A stretch of DNA of 63,534 nucleotides, filler included, from Nitrospinota bacterium (GCA_030620925.1; 13 parts of 13 records of this genome joined end to end with filler, not necessarily neighbours in it), one strand, 5' to 3'; counted from the first letter of the whole stretch, positions 29,168 through 39,989 are shown. The notes: generated from the letters alone by a model not told the origin. Program-made: numbers and translations.

Positions 29168-30133
29168 TTAACCACCCCCGACTTCCTCTACTTCAGTATC
29201 CTGATCAAAGTTTATCTCTTCCAGCGTACCGATAACATTTCCTACGCCTTTGACACTCTCTATGAGACCGGCCACAGGCAACATGCCTTCGCCGATCCAT
29301 ATTCTGCCGTCACCCGTCTTGGAATCGAAAATTTCCTTGGGGATATCAACCATCAGTAAATACGTGTCGTAGAAGTCTTGCTCCCCGTTGTTTTGCAATT
29401 CTATCCGCTCCTCATTCGTGGCCACTCTGACGTCAAAATGAGTAACGCCCTTGATGGTGGGAACGGTATCGATCCGGTAGTTCTTGCCCTCTTCTAACTC
29501 ACCGAACACGCCCTGACGAAAATTGTAAAAAGCCGATAGGACATCGTAAAATATCTTACCCTCTGGGATGTCACTGCGTTCATTCTTTTCTAATAGACCG
29601 TTCTTCAGCAACCTCCAGTTATATCGCATTGAGTTATAATCCATCCAGCTTTCATACACTTCCTCAGTTTCTCCGTAAGAAATTACCCTCTTGTGATACA
29701 CGGCCCTCAGTTGACTGCCCCCGTCTATCAATTCAAATTCCGATCTGTAGGTGTGCCTCCGATGCTGGGTGATCCACCCCACAAAACCTTTGGCTTCGAC
29801 ATCCAAAACCGCATAATACCGACCTGGGGTCTCGTTCTCCCCAAAATAGAATTCAGCTTCAGCGATTCTTCTGAACCAGAGGAAGCTGAGCCTGTAAATG
29901 AGAGTCTCTCCTACTATATTCAGGAAGGAGTTCTCTTCATCCTTATCTATAATCCGGGGGGTGTAAAAATCATCTCCGCCTTCAGCCCCCGCTAAAGGGA
30001 TAGGTGATGAATAAGTGAAAAGTGAGTCCAGCGTGGGGAAAGAGATCAATAGAAATAGCAAGCTCAGCAAAAAAACTAGCTTAAACAACCTGGACGCCTT
30101 AACAAATAAATTTCTTAAAACCCCTTCAATCAT
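29168..30133 (-). CDS. Exported protein, probably DUF3108 family
   Basis: N-terminal TM/signal; GETLIYRLSFLWF...KGFVGW...DVLSAFYNFRQG pattern. Confidence 0.6.
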   Translation of the reverse strand: MIEGVLRNLFVKASRLFKLVFLLSLLFLLISFPTLDSLFTYSSPIPLAGAEGGDDFYTPRIIDKDEENSFLNIVGETLIYRLSFLWFRRIAEAEFYFGENETPGRYYAVLDVEAKGFVGWITQHRRHTYRSEFELIDGGSQLRAVYHKRVISYGETEEVYESWMDYNSMRYNWRLLKNGLLEKNERSDIPEGKIFYDVLSAFYNFRQGVFGELEEGKNYRIDTVPTIKGVTHFDVRVATNEERIELQNNGEQDFYDTYLLMVDIPKEIFDSKTGDGRIWIGEGMLPVAGLIESVKGVGNVIGTLEEINFDQDTEVEEVGGG

Positions 30134-30405
30134 CTTTTTAACTCGATGTTAAATATACTCAAATAGGTCTATAACCTTTCTCATACTAAGATTGTCCTTT
30201 TAGTCAAATATAACTGTACCGGAGATTACAGACCACTATTTATTTAGGTGAATATGATGCACAGGTTATGCGCGCGGGTGGTTGCGATATTTCGCGGTCT
30301 TTCGCCGGAAAAGGAGGGCCTGCAATTACCTGAAGACTGGTGCGAAATGGCAGTGGGGGTGAATTACAGAAATAAAAGTCTATTCGATTTTAATTGGGCT
30401 CTTTA

Positions 30406-31701
30406 TTAATGGCCGACAAGCGCAGGGGAGAGGACCCTTTTATTGCTCTTGCGACGCCGGTAAGTCTTGGTAAGCTCAAGGAAAATACCCACATCCCGCT
30501 CCAGGTCAGTCTGTGTGCCATCGAAGTAGAATATTTTTATGGGTAATCCTTCATGGTCGCGACTCACGGTGGGATAGATAGCCTCGCTGGTGATGCCGTT
30601 CATGCAGGTGAAGGGGCTGATGTCCACCACACCATCCGCCCCCTTATGGTAGAGATAAATCGTCTTACCCACGTTGAGCACCATTTCACCCAGTACTCCT
30701 TCCGGGGGTAGATAGGGTTTACTGTGATTCAGGACGGTTTTTATATCCTTGGGCTCCTCGTAACCCAGGAAGTCTTCATGAAAAGGCTCCAGCAGACTGT
30801 GCTCATCCTTCTTCTGAAACAGGTTCTTGAGCCATACTCGAAGCATCTCTCTTGAAAACCGTTTCCCCCTGCGAATGAGCCCCTGAGTCTGGCCCCAATT
30901 GGTATACCATACCCACTCGGAGATGTCCGCCATCCAGGCCTCCCCGCCCTGTTCTTCGATGACCCTGACTAAGTCATCATTGCTGAAGCGGTTGAGCCGA
31001 CAAAATATTTCTCCTACCACACCGATAAGCGGCCGCTCGGAGTCATACTTTATGGGAATCGCATTAAACTTCTTCCTGCATTCAGCAAGCGTTTCCACCA
31101 TCCTTTCCAGGCGCTGTTCTTGATCTATCCCCTGCACTTCGATGACGGCACAGAGGAGATCGAGGCACTCTTCAAACACCCGGTCCGTCTCTCCCTTGTT
31201 TATTTCATAGGGTCTGGTCTGGAGCAGCTTTTTACGTATAATATCGGCGGCCACCAACGCCCGCCAGGCGGTGCGCATCAACTCCCCGGCGTGCTCTCCC
31301 ACACCCTCGTAACCGTTAGCTGCGGAAGGGGAACAGACCATCGCTTCGGGGTGGCCCATATCGTCCAGCAGTCTTCGTAAATAGGGAGCATACTGGCCGA
31401 ATCGGCACGGACCGTTAGCGGTGGGCATGAAAAAAGCGGTCTTCTCGGGTTGAAAATCGCCGCTCTGGATGATCTTCATAAAATCTCCCACGGTGACCTT
31501 CTGCGGGTAACACTCGTCCCCGGAAGTAAACATCCCCCCCAGCTCGAGGGTGCGCTCATCCGAGTCGGGGGAGAGTGTGGCGTCAATACCGATTGACCTG
31601 AAGGCGGCGGCAAAGGTGCGCGCGCCGGTGTAGGTCATCCTGGGAATATAAAGAGTCCGTCCTTCTAAAGACTGGCCGTTTGAGGAGCTTGCTGCCACCA
31701 T
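30406..31701 (-). CDS. Partner of the CoA-activase/DUF2229 protein (2-hydroxyglutaryl-CoA dehydratase-like)
   Basis: SGDECYP, GPCRFGQY, VVGEIFCR, SPFTCMNG; overlaps the upstream gene by 37 nt. Confidence 0.82.
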   Translation of the reverse strand: MVAASSSNGQSLEGRTLYIPRMTYTGARTFAAAFRSIGIDATLSPDSDERTLELGGMFTSGDECYPQKVTVGDFMKIIQSGDFQPEKTAFFMPTANGPCRFGQYAPYLRRLLDDMGHPEAMVCSPSAANGYEGVGEHAGELMRTAWRALVAADIIRKKLLQTRPYEINKGETDRVFEECLDLLCAVIEVQGIDQEQRLERMVETLAECRKKFNAIPIKYDSERPLIGVVGEIFCRLNRFSNDDLVRVIEEQGGEAWMADISEWVWYTNWGQTQGLIRRGKRFSREMLRVWLKNLFQKKDEHSLLEPFHEDFLGYEEPKDIKTVLNHSKPYLPPEGVLGEMVLNVGKTIYLYHKGADGVVDISPFTCMNGITSEAIYPTVSRDHEGLPIKIFYFDGTQTDLERDVGIFLELTKTYRRRKSNKRVLSPALVGH

Positions 31702-34700
31702 CTTAACATCCCTTTACTGTCTAAATACGCTTCGCAGCGGGTCATCATTCCCGCGTCGTTGCTGTGCCCGTCGAACTGTAGGGAAAGAAAAGGTTTGCCT
31801 GAAGCGTTGTTGACAAAATGCTTGATAAATGAGTCTGGCCCGCACTTGAAGTTGGTGAGATATATGATATGCAGGTTCGGGAACTGACTGACGATCCTCG
31901 CCGCGGCAAGTATCTTTCGCCCGTAGCTCCAGTACATGTTGTTGTTTATATCCTCGATGTCAACTTCGTCCACAGGGAGAAAATCCATGGGGATGACGTT
32001 TATGCCGTAGTAGTCCCGGAGCTTGGAAGGGACGTCCAGGTTCACCCCTTTATCGTAAATGTTGTAAGGCCGCCCCACCAGTACTATCCCCGGCTCACCG
32101 CTCTCTTTCAAACGCTGAAGCGCTTCCTGTCCCAAATCCTGCAGCCTGTCTTGAAATTTTTCCTGAGCATCATAGGCCCGCTCAACGGCTATCTCAGCTT
32201 GATCCCTCAGAATCTTATATTTCCTGGCCAACTTTACTAATACCTCGGTGACACTTTTTCGCCCATCGCGAAACCTGATGGTGGGCTTGATAAAAATATC
32301 ACTCCTGGACTCGAAAAAGGGCGACCGCCCTATCACAAAAGGCAGCGTCTGCCCCCAGGGACAGACGTGAGATTCCACCGCCGGATCGAAGGCTTCCGCG
32401 TTTACCTGGTTGGGCAGAAAAACATAATCGACGCCCATGCCCATAAGCTCAGCCACGTGCCCGTGCGCAACCTGTATGGGAAAACAGGGTTCAGCCACAG
32501 TGTACTCTATTCCTTCATGCGCGATGCTCTTGTTGGTCCGGGTTGAGACCTGCACGCTGAAGCCGATGTTCTCGAAAAAGGTACGCCAGAAGGGAAACCT
32601 CTCGTAGGTGTACATTGTGAGGGGAATGCCTATGGTGGGCCCGGAATTGGAAGGCCGTAACGTCCCACCGAACATCATCTCATTTCTCATTTCCTGAAGG
32701 TCGGGGATAACGGGCTTTCGCTCCGTCTTCGCCTGCTTACGGTAGCGGTCGGAGCATTTATCACCCCAATAGGTTTTCTCTCCCTCTACATCGAACATCT
32801 GTATATCGCAGAAATTGGTGCAGCCCTGGCAGGAGAATTCCTTGAGGCTGTAATCTACATCTTCAATCTCGTAGCCGCGGAAACCTGTTTCCCCTTCAGT
32901 GTTTTTCATCTTATCCATGGCCAGGAGGGCTGCGCCTATGGCTCCTATAACTCCGTTGTGAGGAGGAACGATTATCTGTTTATTCAATATTTTGGAGAAG
33001 GCTGCGGCCACGGAGTCGTTGTACGCCGTTCCTCCCTGAAAGAAGATGGTCTCTCCGATCCTCCGCCCCCACACCACGCGGTTAATGTAGTTATAAGCAA
33101 TGGAATAGGCCAGGCCCGCCAAAAGGTCTTCTTTCTTCGCCCCGCGCTGGAGGTAGGAGTTGACGTCCTGCTCCATGAACACAGTGCAGCGCTCGCCCAG
33201 GCGTATGGGGCTAGAAGAACTGAGGGCCAATTGAGCAAACTGGTCCTTTATGCTGACTTCAAGCTCTTCGGCCCGCTCCTCCAGAAAGGAGCCGGTGCCC
33301 GCGGCGCAGGCTTCGTTCATGGCGAAGTCCACAACCACACCGTTATCAAGGCTTATGAACTTGGAGTCCTGTCCGCCGATTTCAAAAATGGTGTCCGCCT
33401 CCGAGCTGATCAGCTTATTGCCGATATAGTTGGCGCCCGTCTTGTGGGCGGTAATTTCGTCGTTGATTGTGTCGGCGCCCACCAGTTGCCCTATGAGCTC
33501 CCTGCCGGAACCCGTAGTGCCCACACCTTTCACTCTGACGCGGCCGCCCAATTCATCCCGCATCTCCGCCAGCCCGCGGGCCACAGCCTGTATGGGCCGG
33601 GCTTCGGTACGGGTATATATTTCGTAAACCACTTCGCCGTTTTCGTCTGCCATCACCAGGTTAGTGCTCACAGAGCCTATGTCTATCCCCAGATAGACAT
33701 CTACCGGTTGCCCGTCATCAGGTAAATTATAAGGTTTCACCCTGTCTCTCAGGAGGAGGACGTTGTCCATGGATAGAGGATCACTTACCGGGAACTGATC
33801 GACCTGTTCGTGGTTTCGTATGGAGGCCGGAGCCGATACCGTTTCGCCACCGCTTGCTTCGGCTTCCATCAGCGCAGCACCCAGGGCCCCCAGCCAGGCA
33901 TAATAGGCGGGTATGAAGAGCTCTCCCTCCTTCAGGTCAAACACCTCCTCCATTGCCGCCACCACACCGGCGTTAGCAGCAACACCGCCGGTGAAAGCTA
34001 TGACCGGCTCTATCTTCTTCCCCTTGGTGATCGCACCCTTGAAGTTGCGGGCGACGGCATCACACAGACCCTTAAGCACCTCAGCCGGTAGATAGCCCTT
34101 TTGCTGGGCGTGGATCATATCGGATTTGGCGAACACAGAGCAGCGGCCGGCTATCTTGGCCGCTTTGGAGGTTTTCTGAACGATTGCCCCCACTTCGTCT
34201 ATTTCGTATTTAAGGCGCAGGGCCTGTTGGTCCATGAAAGAGCCTGTACCCGCGGCGCAATCGCCGTTCGTCTCGTAGTCCGCTATTCCCATTCGGCCCC
34301 ATGCCCTATCCCGCTCAAATCTGATATATTTAGAGTTTTGTCCACCCATTTCAAACAGGGTGCGAACGTCAGGGTAGAGGGCCTCGGTACCCCGGGTTAT
34401 GGCTTTAAACTCATTTTCGACATTGGCGCCCAGGATTCCTCCCACCAGTTTAGCTCCCGCTCCCACTATTCGTATGCCCTTCAATTCTTCCTGAGGCACC
34501 AGCGAAAGAATCTCTTCGAGTATTCGACGCGCGGCATCGATAGGTTGGCCCCGCATCCTGCGGTACTCAGAGACAAGGGTCGGGAACGAATAACCCGCAT
34601 CGATCTCGGCATCCCCGCCCATCACCCTGAACCCTGCACGGTTGATCGCTTCCGTCGGCGGAAGCTCATCCCCGTTCGTTCTCAACAGGGCCGCTTTTAT

Positions 34701-34739
34701 GCTGACAGTTCCGATATCGATTCCAGCGAAATAGGACAT
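31665..34739 (-). CDS. Acyl-CoA dehydratase activase with two ASKHA (BadF/BcrAD) domains plus DUF2229-like domain
   Basis: GIDIGTVS and GIDIGSVS; GGQNSK and GGQDSK; CAAGTGSF twice; RCSVF/RCTVF; CQGCTNFC; PCFPIQVAHGH; NFKCGPDSF. Confidence 0.9.
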   Translation of the reverse strand: MSYFAGIDIGTVSIKAALLRTNGDELPPTEAINRAGFRVMGGDAEIDAGYSFPTLVSEYRRMRGQPIDAARRILEEILSLVPQEELKGIRIVGAGAKLVGGILGANVENEFKAITRGTEALYPDVRTLFEMGGQNSKYIRFERDRAWGRMGIADYETNGDCAAGTGSFMDQQALRLKYEIDEVGAIVQKTSKAAKIAGRCSVFAKSDMIHAQQKGYLPAEVLKGLCDAVARNFKGAITKGKKIEPVIAFTGGVAANAGVVAAMEEVFDLKEGELFIPAYYAWLGALGAALMEAEASGGETVSAPASIRNHEQVDQFPVSDPLSMDNVLLLRDRVKPYNLPDDGQPVDVYLGIDIGSVSTNLVMADENGEVVYEIYTRTEARPIQAVARGLAEMRDELGGRVRVKGVGTTGSGRELIGQLVGADTINDEITAHKTGANYIGNKLISSEADTIFEIGGQDSKFISLDNGVVVDFAMNEACAAGTGSFLEERAEELEVSIKDQFAQLALSSSSPIRLGERCTVFMEQDVNSYLQRGAKKEDLLAGLAYSIAYNYINRVVWGRRIGETIFFQGGTAYNDSVAAAFSKILNKQIIVPPHNGVIGAIGAALLAMDKMKNTEGETGFRGYEIEDVDYSLKEFSCQGCTNFCDIQMFDVEGEKTYWGDKCSDRYRKQAKTERKPVIPDLQEMRNEMMFGGTLRPSNSGPTIGIPLTMYTYERFPFWRTFFENIGFSVQVSTRTNKSIAHEGIEYTVAEPCFPIQVAHGHVAELMGMGVDYVFLPNQVNAEAFDPAVESHVCPWGQTLPFVIGRSPFFESRSDIFIKPTIRFRDGRKSVTEVLVKLARKYKILRDQAEIAVERAYDAQEKFQDRLQDLGQEALQRLKESGEPGIVLVGRPYNIYDKGVNLDVPSKLRDYYGINVIPMDFLPVDEVDIEDINNNMYWSYGRKILAAARIVSQFPNLHIIYLTNFKCGPDSFIKHFVNNASGKPFLSLQFDGHSNDAGMMTRCEAYLDSKGMLRWWQQAPQTASL

Positions 34740-35065
34740 ATCTTCCTTCCCTTAATAAAAAGCCCATTTAAATCGCAAAAGAGTTCCCTATAAACATATG
34801 CAAAAATGGTTCCTTACAAGACCGACCAGCAAAAAAACAGTCTTAAACTTTAAAGCATTGAAATAATTAAGAATTTAACCTTCATCCTTAAATTAAAATT
34901 GATTTGGCCCTTCCAATCTATGTAAAATATTCAATGAGGTGCGTGTCATTTAGATACTTTATCTTGTCATCATCGGAAAGGAAGTGTTATAATGCTACAA
35001 TATCTGGGTTGTGGATTGCGCTGTGTTTCATTATGATACAAATACTGCTGTTTTCAATTACCCTC

Positions 35066-35165
35066 NNNNNNNNNNNNNNNNNNNNNNNNNNNNNNNNNNN
35101 NNNNNNNNNTTAATTAATTAANNNNNNNNNNNNNNNNNNNNNNNNNNNNNNNNNNNNNNNNNNNN
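35066..35165. other. Artificial contig spacer
   Basis: N44-TTAATTAATTAA-N44. Confidence 0.99.
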
Positions 35166-35760
35166 TATCCACCAGCTTATTCCAGTATTCCACGATCTCT
35201 TTCAGCCGGTCTTCCACGGCCTTCTGGTTCACCACGCTGACCACCACTTTGGACTCCGATTTGGTTTCGCTCCGGCGCTTCAGCGTGTAATCGATATTTT
35301 TCACGAGCGTGGCGAAATCGAGCCCGGCTCGCACTTTCGAGTAGGTCTCCGGGTCGGCCGCATCCACGCTGACTTCGATGGTGTCCGCTCCGCAAGCCAG
35401 GAGGCGATCGGCCTTTTCCGGGGTGAGCAGTGACCCGTTGGTTATCAACCCGATACGCGCCCCCGCCGATTTAGCGTATTCGATCAAGTCTAAAATCTGC
35501 GGATGCAAAAGGGGCTCGCCGCCCCCCGAAAGCCGTATAAAAGACTCGTACCGCCCGCACTCATCGGCAAGTTTTTTGAAGATATCCTCCGGCATGAAGG
35601 GGGTATTGGCATAATCCTTACGTATCTCGGAATTGGTGTAGGGGCAGTGGGGGCATCTTGCGTTACAGACGTAAGTAACCGATGCCACCACCATCAGGGG
35701 GAACTCTTCCGCTCCTTCTTTGAAGTTGTATTCCTCCGGTATATGTTTAATCTCACTCAA
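35166..35760 (-). CDS. Radical SAM protein (3' truncated)
   Basis: CNARCPHC, GGGEPLLHP, ITNGSLL, VSVDA, YSKVR. Confidence 0.9.
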
Positions 35761-36263
35761 GTATTTTCCCCTTTACCCGCAGGTTTCAACTTTTTTCCAA
35801 ACCGAAACCCTTTAAACAATCTATTGTTAAACTCTCTTTCGGCGGTTCCTTCTCTGAGATAACCGTTTTTTTCAAAGGCCCTTTGAGCTATATGATTATC
35901 ATGAAGAACCCACGCCCAAACACTCGTTAAGCCTTTCTCTAAAGCCACCCTCTCAATTATTTCAAGGAGTCTGGTGCCGAACCCCCTGCCGGGTTCCCTG
36001 ACGAAAAAGGCGACTTCCCCATGCCTGTTTAAATACAAAATCGTAACCCCGCATAATATATTATCTTCGACTATCCCCCTTATCTCTATATCTGCATTTT
36101 TCAACCATTCCCTGGTCTCATCGATTTCTACAGGCGACGTCAGGAGCAGGTCTGCATAACTGTTTCTTAAATTCACGTATTGAGCGATAAAATCCTCGTC
36201 TTTTCCACAAAACCCTTTTAAATCTATTATCTGAATCGCATTCAAACCGGACGTTTCTCTCAT
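35757..36263 (-). CDS. GNAT-family N-acetyltransferase
   Basis: PGRGFGTRLL acetyl-CoA motif, N..AQRAFEKNGY; visibly more AT-rich than its neighbours. Confidence 0.8.
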   Translation of the reverse strand: MRETSGLNAIQIIDLKGFCGKDEDFIAQYVNLRNSYADLLLTSPVEIDETREWLKNADIEIRGIVEDNILCGVTILYLNRHGEVAFFVREPGRGFGTRLLEIIERVALEKGLTSVWAWVLHDNHIAQRAFEKNGYLREGTAEREFNNRLFKGFRFGKKLKPAGKGENT

Positions 36264-36275
36264 TAAACTTTTTTA

Positions 36276-37199
36276 TTACTCTGTCCTTAAGAACTGCGCG
36301 CTGGCCGCCTGCCAATCCTTACACTGTGCGCAGAAAGGAGGCAGCTCATCGTAATTTCCACTCAGGTGAAGCTGGCGAATCGACTCGAGCTGACCCTGCC
36401 ATACCTCTCGCACGGATTGATGGTTCAGGTCTCCCGCCACGTACTTTGCGTCGAAATCGACGGCGCAGAGCACCGCTCGCCCGTCCCAGCAGATGTTCAT
36501 GGTGCGTAAGGCCCAGTAGCAGGGATGGCGGTCTTCAGAGGTCAGGTTCTTCGCCTCAACCGTATTGGCCCAGCTAACCATGGGCCTTATCTTGACCGTG
36601 GCGCCTCGTTCCGCCCAGTATTTCGTGAACGCCTCGATCTCATGCGCGTTCTCCTCCATCTCCACGAACTGCACGAAGACCTTCGGCTTGTCCACGCCCA
36701 TCTCTTTTTCCAGTCGGAGCAACCGGTTGACGTTCCCCACAACTTTTTCGTAATCGCCCTTGACTCTTATCTTGGCGTATGTCTCTGGCGAAAAGGAGTC
36801 TATGCCCACGTAAATGGCATCGAGTCCCGACTCGATGAGGCTGCGGCAGGCATCTTCGTCCAGGAGGTTGGCGTTGCTGTTAATCACCACGTCAGTCAGG
36901 CCCTTCTTCTTGGCGTAATGGATCATCCAGTAGAGCTTGTAGCGCAGTATAAGCGCCTCGCCGAAAAAGACCATCCAGACACGGATGTCTTTATCCACCT
37001 CGACGATCTCGTCCACGATTTTTCTGAGGAGCATCATGTCCATGATGCCCTTCTTGCGGGCCATCACCTGGTGGCCGCACATAGAGCAGGCGAGGTTGCA
37101 ATAGTTGGTGGTATCCAAAAGGACCACGGACGGAAAATCGCCTGAGTCGGATAACCGCATGGCTTCCTTATTATTATCGACAACTTTTTGTATCTTCAT
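36276..37199 (-). CDS. Radical SAM protein with Twitch/SPASM auxiliary-cluster domain
   Basis: CNLACSMC, FFGEAL, NSNA; C-terminal PCYW...WDGRAVLC...FCAQC. Confidence 0.9.
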   Translation of the reverse strand: MKIQKVVDNNKEAMRLSDSGDFPSVVLLDTTNYCNLACSMCGHQVMARKKGIMDMMLLRKIVDEIVEVDKDIRVWMVFFGEALILRYKLYWMIHYAKKKGLTDVVINSNANLLDEDACRSLIESGLDAIYVGIDSFSPETYAKIRVKGDYEKVVGNVNRLLRLEKEMGVDKPKVFVQFVEMEENAHEIEAFTKYWAERGATVKIRPMVSWANTVEAKNLTSEDRHPCYWALRTMNICWDGRAVLCAVDFDAKYVAGDLNHQSVREVWQGQLESIRQLHLSGNYDELPPFCAQCKDWQAASAQFLRTE

Positions 37200-37293
37200 C
37201 GCGTTTTAACACCTCGATCAAAATTTAAGAGATGAGAAAACATCCGTTCATTGTAGAGACTCTAAGTTCAAAGCCGACAACGGTTGCAGCGGC

Positions 37294-38616
37294 TCATGCT
37301 ACTATCGCCGCCTCGTCCTTTTTCAAAACATACCTGCGCCATGCCGATTTATACAGCTCGAAATCCGACCGCTGCGGAATAAAAGCATGCCAGAATCGTT
37401 TATCGACGAAAATGAAATATACGATGCAGATTTGTATGAAGCCCGCTGCGTAAGTCAAAGACTTGGCCCAGGCCGCCCCCACCAGTCCATACCTGGGAAT
37501 CAGATAAATATTGAGCAAAAAGTTTACGACCAACATCATTAACGCCAGTGCGCTCAACTGCCAGAACCACCCCTTCCTGACCCATAAGGGGGACATGAGC
37601 TGAGCGAAAGTGGACATGCCGGTGCCCACCAACATAATCTTGAGGGGAAGGACGGCGGGCAGGAAAGCTCCGCCCGCGTATATGAGTACTATCTGTTTTG
37701 CTAAAACCACCGTCAAAACGGTGGCGCCGACGATGAGCATGAAGGCGTTCCTGCACACCACGCTGTTTACATGCTCCGCCTCCTTCATCTCTTTTTTGGA
37801 GACCTCCGGGTAGAGCACGGTGCTTACGGCCTGCGACAGAAGAAACATCATCCGGCTGGCGGCGATGGCAACGGCGATATAGCCCACCTGCTTCGACGAA
37901 AGGAAGTAATTGACCATGGCTATTTCCATATATCCGTAAAGGAACGTGGAAATACTGCTGATATGCAGCTTTGAGCCGCCGAAAACCAGCTTCTTTAAAA
38001 GCTCCCTATCCACCTTCCATTTTCCGGGTGCAATCTTTTTCGTGTAACTGAGACCGACGAACGCCCCGAATCCGAAACCTATGACGGCCGCTAAAAGTGC
38101 CCCCATCACCCCGTAACGCCAGAGGATGACCAGCAGCACCACGATCAACAGCTTGGCCAGGCCGCTGAACAGGTTCACCAGGTTGAATTGAAAAATTTTC
38201 TGGACGCCCTGCAGGATGGACCTGAAATAGTGCATTATGAGCGCCAGGGGAATAGTGGCAAACGCAAGATATAAAAATTGAGAAGGAACCCCCTTATAAA
38301 GAGTATCGCTGAAGAAAGGAAGCGTGGCCAGAAACAGGGCATACAACAGGGCGCTGATAACCAGTGAAAGAAAGAGCGAGTTGCCCGCAAATCTCTCCAG
38401 AGCGTATTCTTTCTTGCCCACGTAGTGGATGTTCATCATGTTAATCGACAGGTGCCCTATGGTGAAAAACGCCATGGGATAAAATATTGCGACGGCAAGT
38501 ATCCCCTTGCCCGCGGGCCCCAGGGTGCGGGCGGTTATAACTCCCCAGACCACCTCGGCCAATAAGACCAGGAGCAGGGAAAAGAAAGTAATGCTACTGT
38601 CCTTGACTATAGACAA
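37294..38616 (-). CDS. Wzx-type polysaccharide flippase
   Basis: ARTLGPAGKG, about 12 hydrophobic segments, LIPRYGLVGAAWA. Confidence 0.88.
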   Translation of the reverse strand: MSIVKDSSITFFSLLLVLLAEVVWGVITARTLGPAGKGILAVAIFYPMAFFTIGHLSINMMNIHYVGKKEYALERFAGNSLFLSLVISALLYALFLATLPFFSDTLYKGVPSQFLYLAFATIPLALIMHYFRSILQGVQKIFQFNLVNLFSGLAKLLIVVLLVILWRYGVMGALLAAVIGFGFGAFVGLSYTKKIAPGKWKVDRELLKKLVFGGSKLHISSISTFLYGYMEIAMVNYFLSSKQVGYIAVAIAASRMMFLLSQAVSTVLYPEVSKKEMKEAEHVNSVVCRNAFMLIVGATVLTVVLAKQIVLIYAGGAFLPAVLPLKIMLVGTGMSTFAQLMSPLWVRKGWFWQLSALALMMLVVNFLLNIYLIPRYGLVGAAWAKSLTYAAGFIQICIVYFIFVDKRFWHAFIPQRSDFELYKSAWRRYVLKKDEAAIVA

Positions 38617-38674
38617 ATTGAAAACTCCCGCCGGGTCGTAATCTCTAAAAACATTTCAACAAAATTGTGAATTA

Positions 38675-39355
38675 CTATTCCTTGATTCCTACGAAGTAGA
38701 CTGCATCGGCAAATTCACCCATATTCTTGTTTCTGATGACAATATCCAGATATTTCAGAGGAAAAACTATGAAATTAATTATCAGCCCCACCAAGCTCCG
38801 CGCCCGCCCACTGAAAAATGAGGATATATAGCTGCTTATGAAGACGGTTACGAATGAAAACGGGCCCGCGCTCACACCGCTCTTTATCTCTTTAAAATCA
38901 GAAAAAAGTGTTCTCAGCCCTTCCACCGTGAACCTGTAGTAATCGTGCTGCGTATGCCCTACCTGCAGGAAAGGAACGTTTACGCAGACGTGGCCTCCTC
39001 TTTTCAATACCCTGCCAATCTCAGACGCCACGACCCAGGGTCTGGGGACATGCTCCAGTACGGCATTGCAGAAGATGCATTCAAAAGACTCCTCTGCAAA
39101 AGGCATATCATGGGCATCTCCTACCACGTCAGGAGAATTTGATTCATCGATGTCTAAATTCAACATATCTACTTCAATATACTGGTCAAAGAGTCCCGGC
39201 CCGGAACCTAAATTAAGCACCAGTGAGCTGTCTTTATATTCATTAACGGTGTCAAAAATGCTCTTATCCCTCCAGCGAACTGCCAGGGTATAGGAATAAG
39301 TTAATACCCGATAACCTGTTTTTTCTAAAACGTCCATGATCCTGTTAATTTTCAT
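38675..39355 (-). CDS. Class I SAM-dependent methyltransferase (Methyltransf_11-like)
   Basis: VLNLGSG, GDAHDMPF, VLEHV, RVLKRGG, DYYRFT. Confidence 0.88.
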   Translation of the reverse strand: MKINRIMDVLEKTGYRVLTYSYTLAVRWRDKSIFDTVNEYKDSSLVLNLGSGPGLFDQYIEVDMLNLDIDESNSPDVVGDAHDMPFAEESFECIFCNAVLEHVPRPWVVASEIGRVLKRGGHVCVNVPFLQVGHTQHDYYRFTVEGLRTLFSDFKEIKSGVSAGPFSFVTVFISSYISSFFSGRARSLVGLIINFIVFPLKYLDIVIRNKNMGEFADAVYFVGIKE

Positions 39356-39359
39356 CCAT

Positions 39360-39989
39360 TCACGCCTTTTCACCGAACAACTCCCTCTCCACAAGCTCAC
39401 ATACTATATGCCCCACCATGATATGGCATTCTTGTATCCTCGCAGTATCCTCAGAGGGCACGCAAAGGCATCGATCGACAAGCTTCTTTATTTTTCCACC
39501 CGATTCCCCGGTGAGGGCGATGGTCAACATTTCTTTATGTTTGGCGCTCCTCAATCCCTCTATTATGTTTTTGGAATTGCCACTGGTGGAAAGACCGACA
39601 GCTATGTCCCCTTTTCTCCCGTTGGCTTCGATCTGCCTTGCGAAAACCTTGTCAAAGGAATAATCGTTACTGATGGCGGTTAACGCGGAGGTATTCACGT
39701 TAAGGGCTTCCGCGGGCAACGCACTCCTATCCATGTAGAACCTGCCCGAAAGCTCAGCCGCTATATGCTGGGCGTCCGCCGCACTGCCCCCGTTGCCGAA
39801 AAGATAAATCTTGCCATTGTTCCGATAGGCGTTAATTATCAAATGTGCTATTTCCTCAATCATCTTGATGCGTTCCAACAGGCCTTTTTTGACCTCTATA
39901 CTTTCCTCGATCCTGGAGCGTATCGAACCCGTAAAACGGCTGCCCGATTCGTGGGAAGATTGCTTTTGCGTAATCCGAGACTGCTTCAT
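39360..39989 (-). CDS. gmhA: D-sedoheptulose-7-phosphate isomerase
   Basis: GNGGSAADAQHIAAE, TAISNDY, STSGNS, TARIQECH. Confidence 0.95.
   Translation of the reverse strand: MKQSRITQKQSSHESGSRFTGSIRSRIEESIEVKKGLLERIKMIEEIAHLIINAYRNNGKIYLFGNGGSAADAQHIAAELSGRFYMDRSALPAEALNVNTSALTAISNDYSFDKVFARQIEANGRKGDIAVGLSTSGNSKNIIEGLRSAKHKEMLTIALTGESGGKIKKLVDRCLCVPSEDTARIQECHIMVGHIVCELVERELFGEKA

Noticed and set aside
35166-37293. RiPP cluster (radical SAM/SPASM pair plus GNAT)
   Set aside because: No precursor peptide, RRE domain or peptidase-transporter is visible; the context is polysaccharide biosynthesis.
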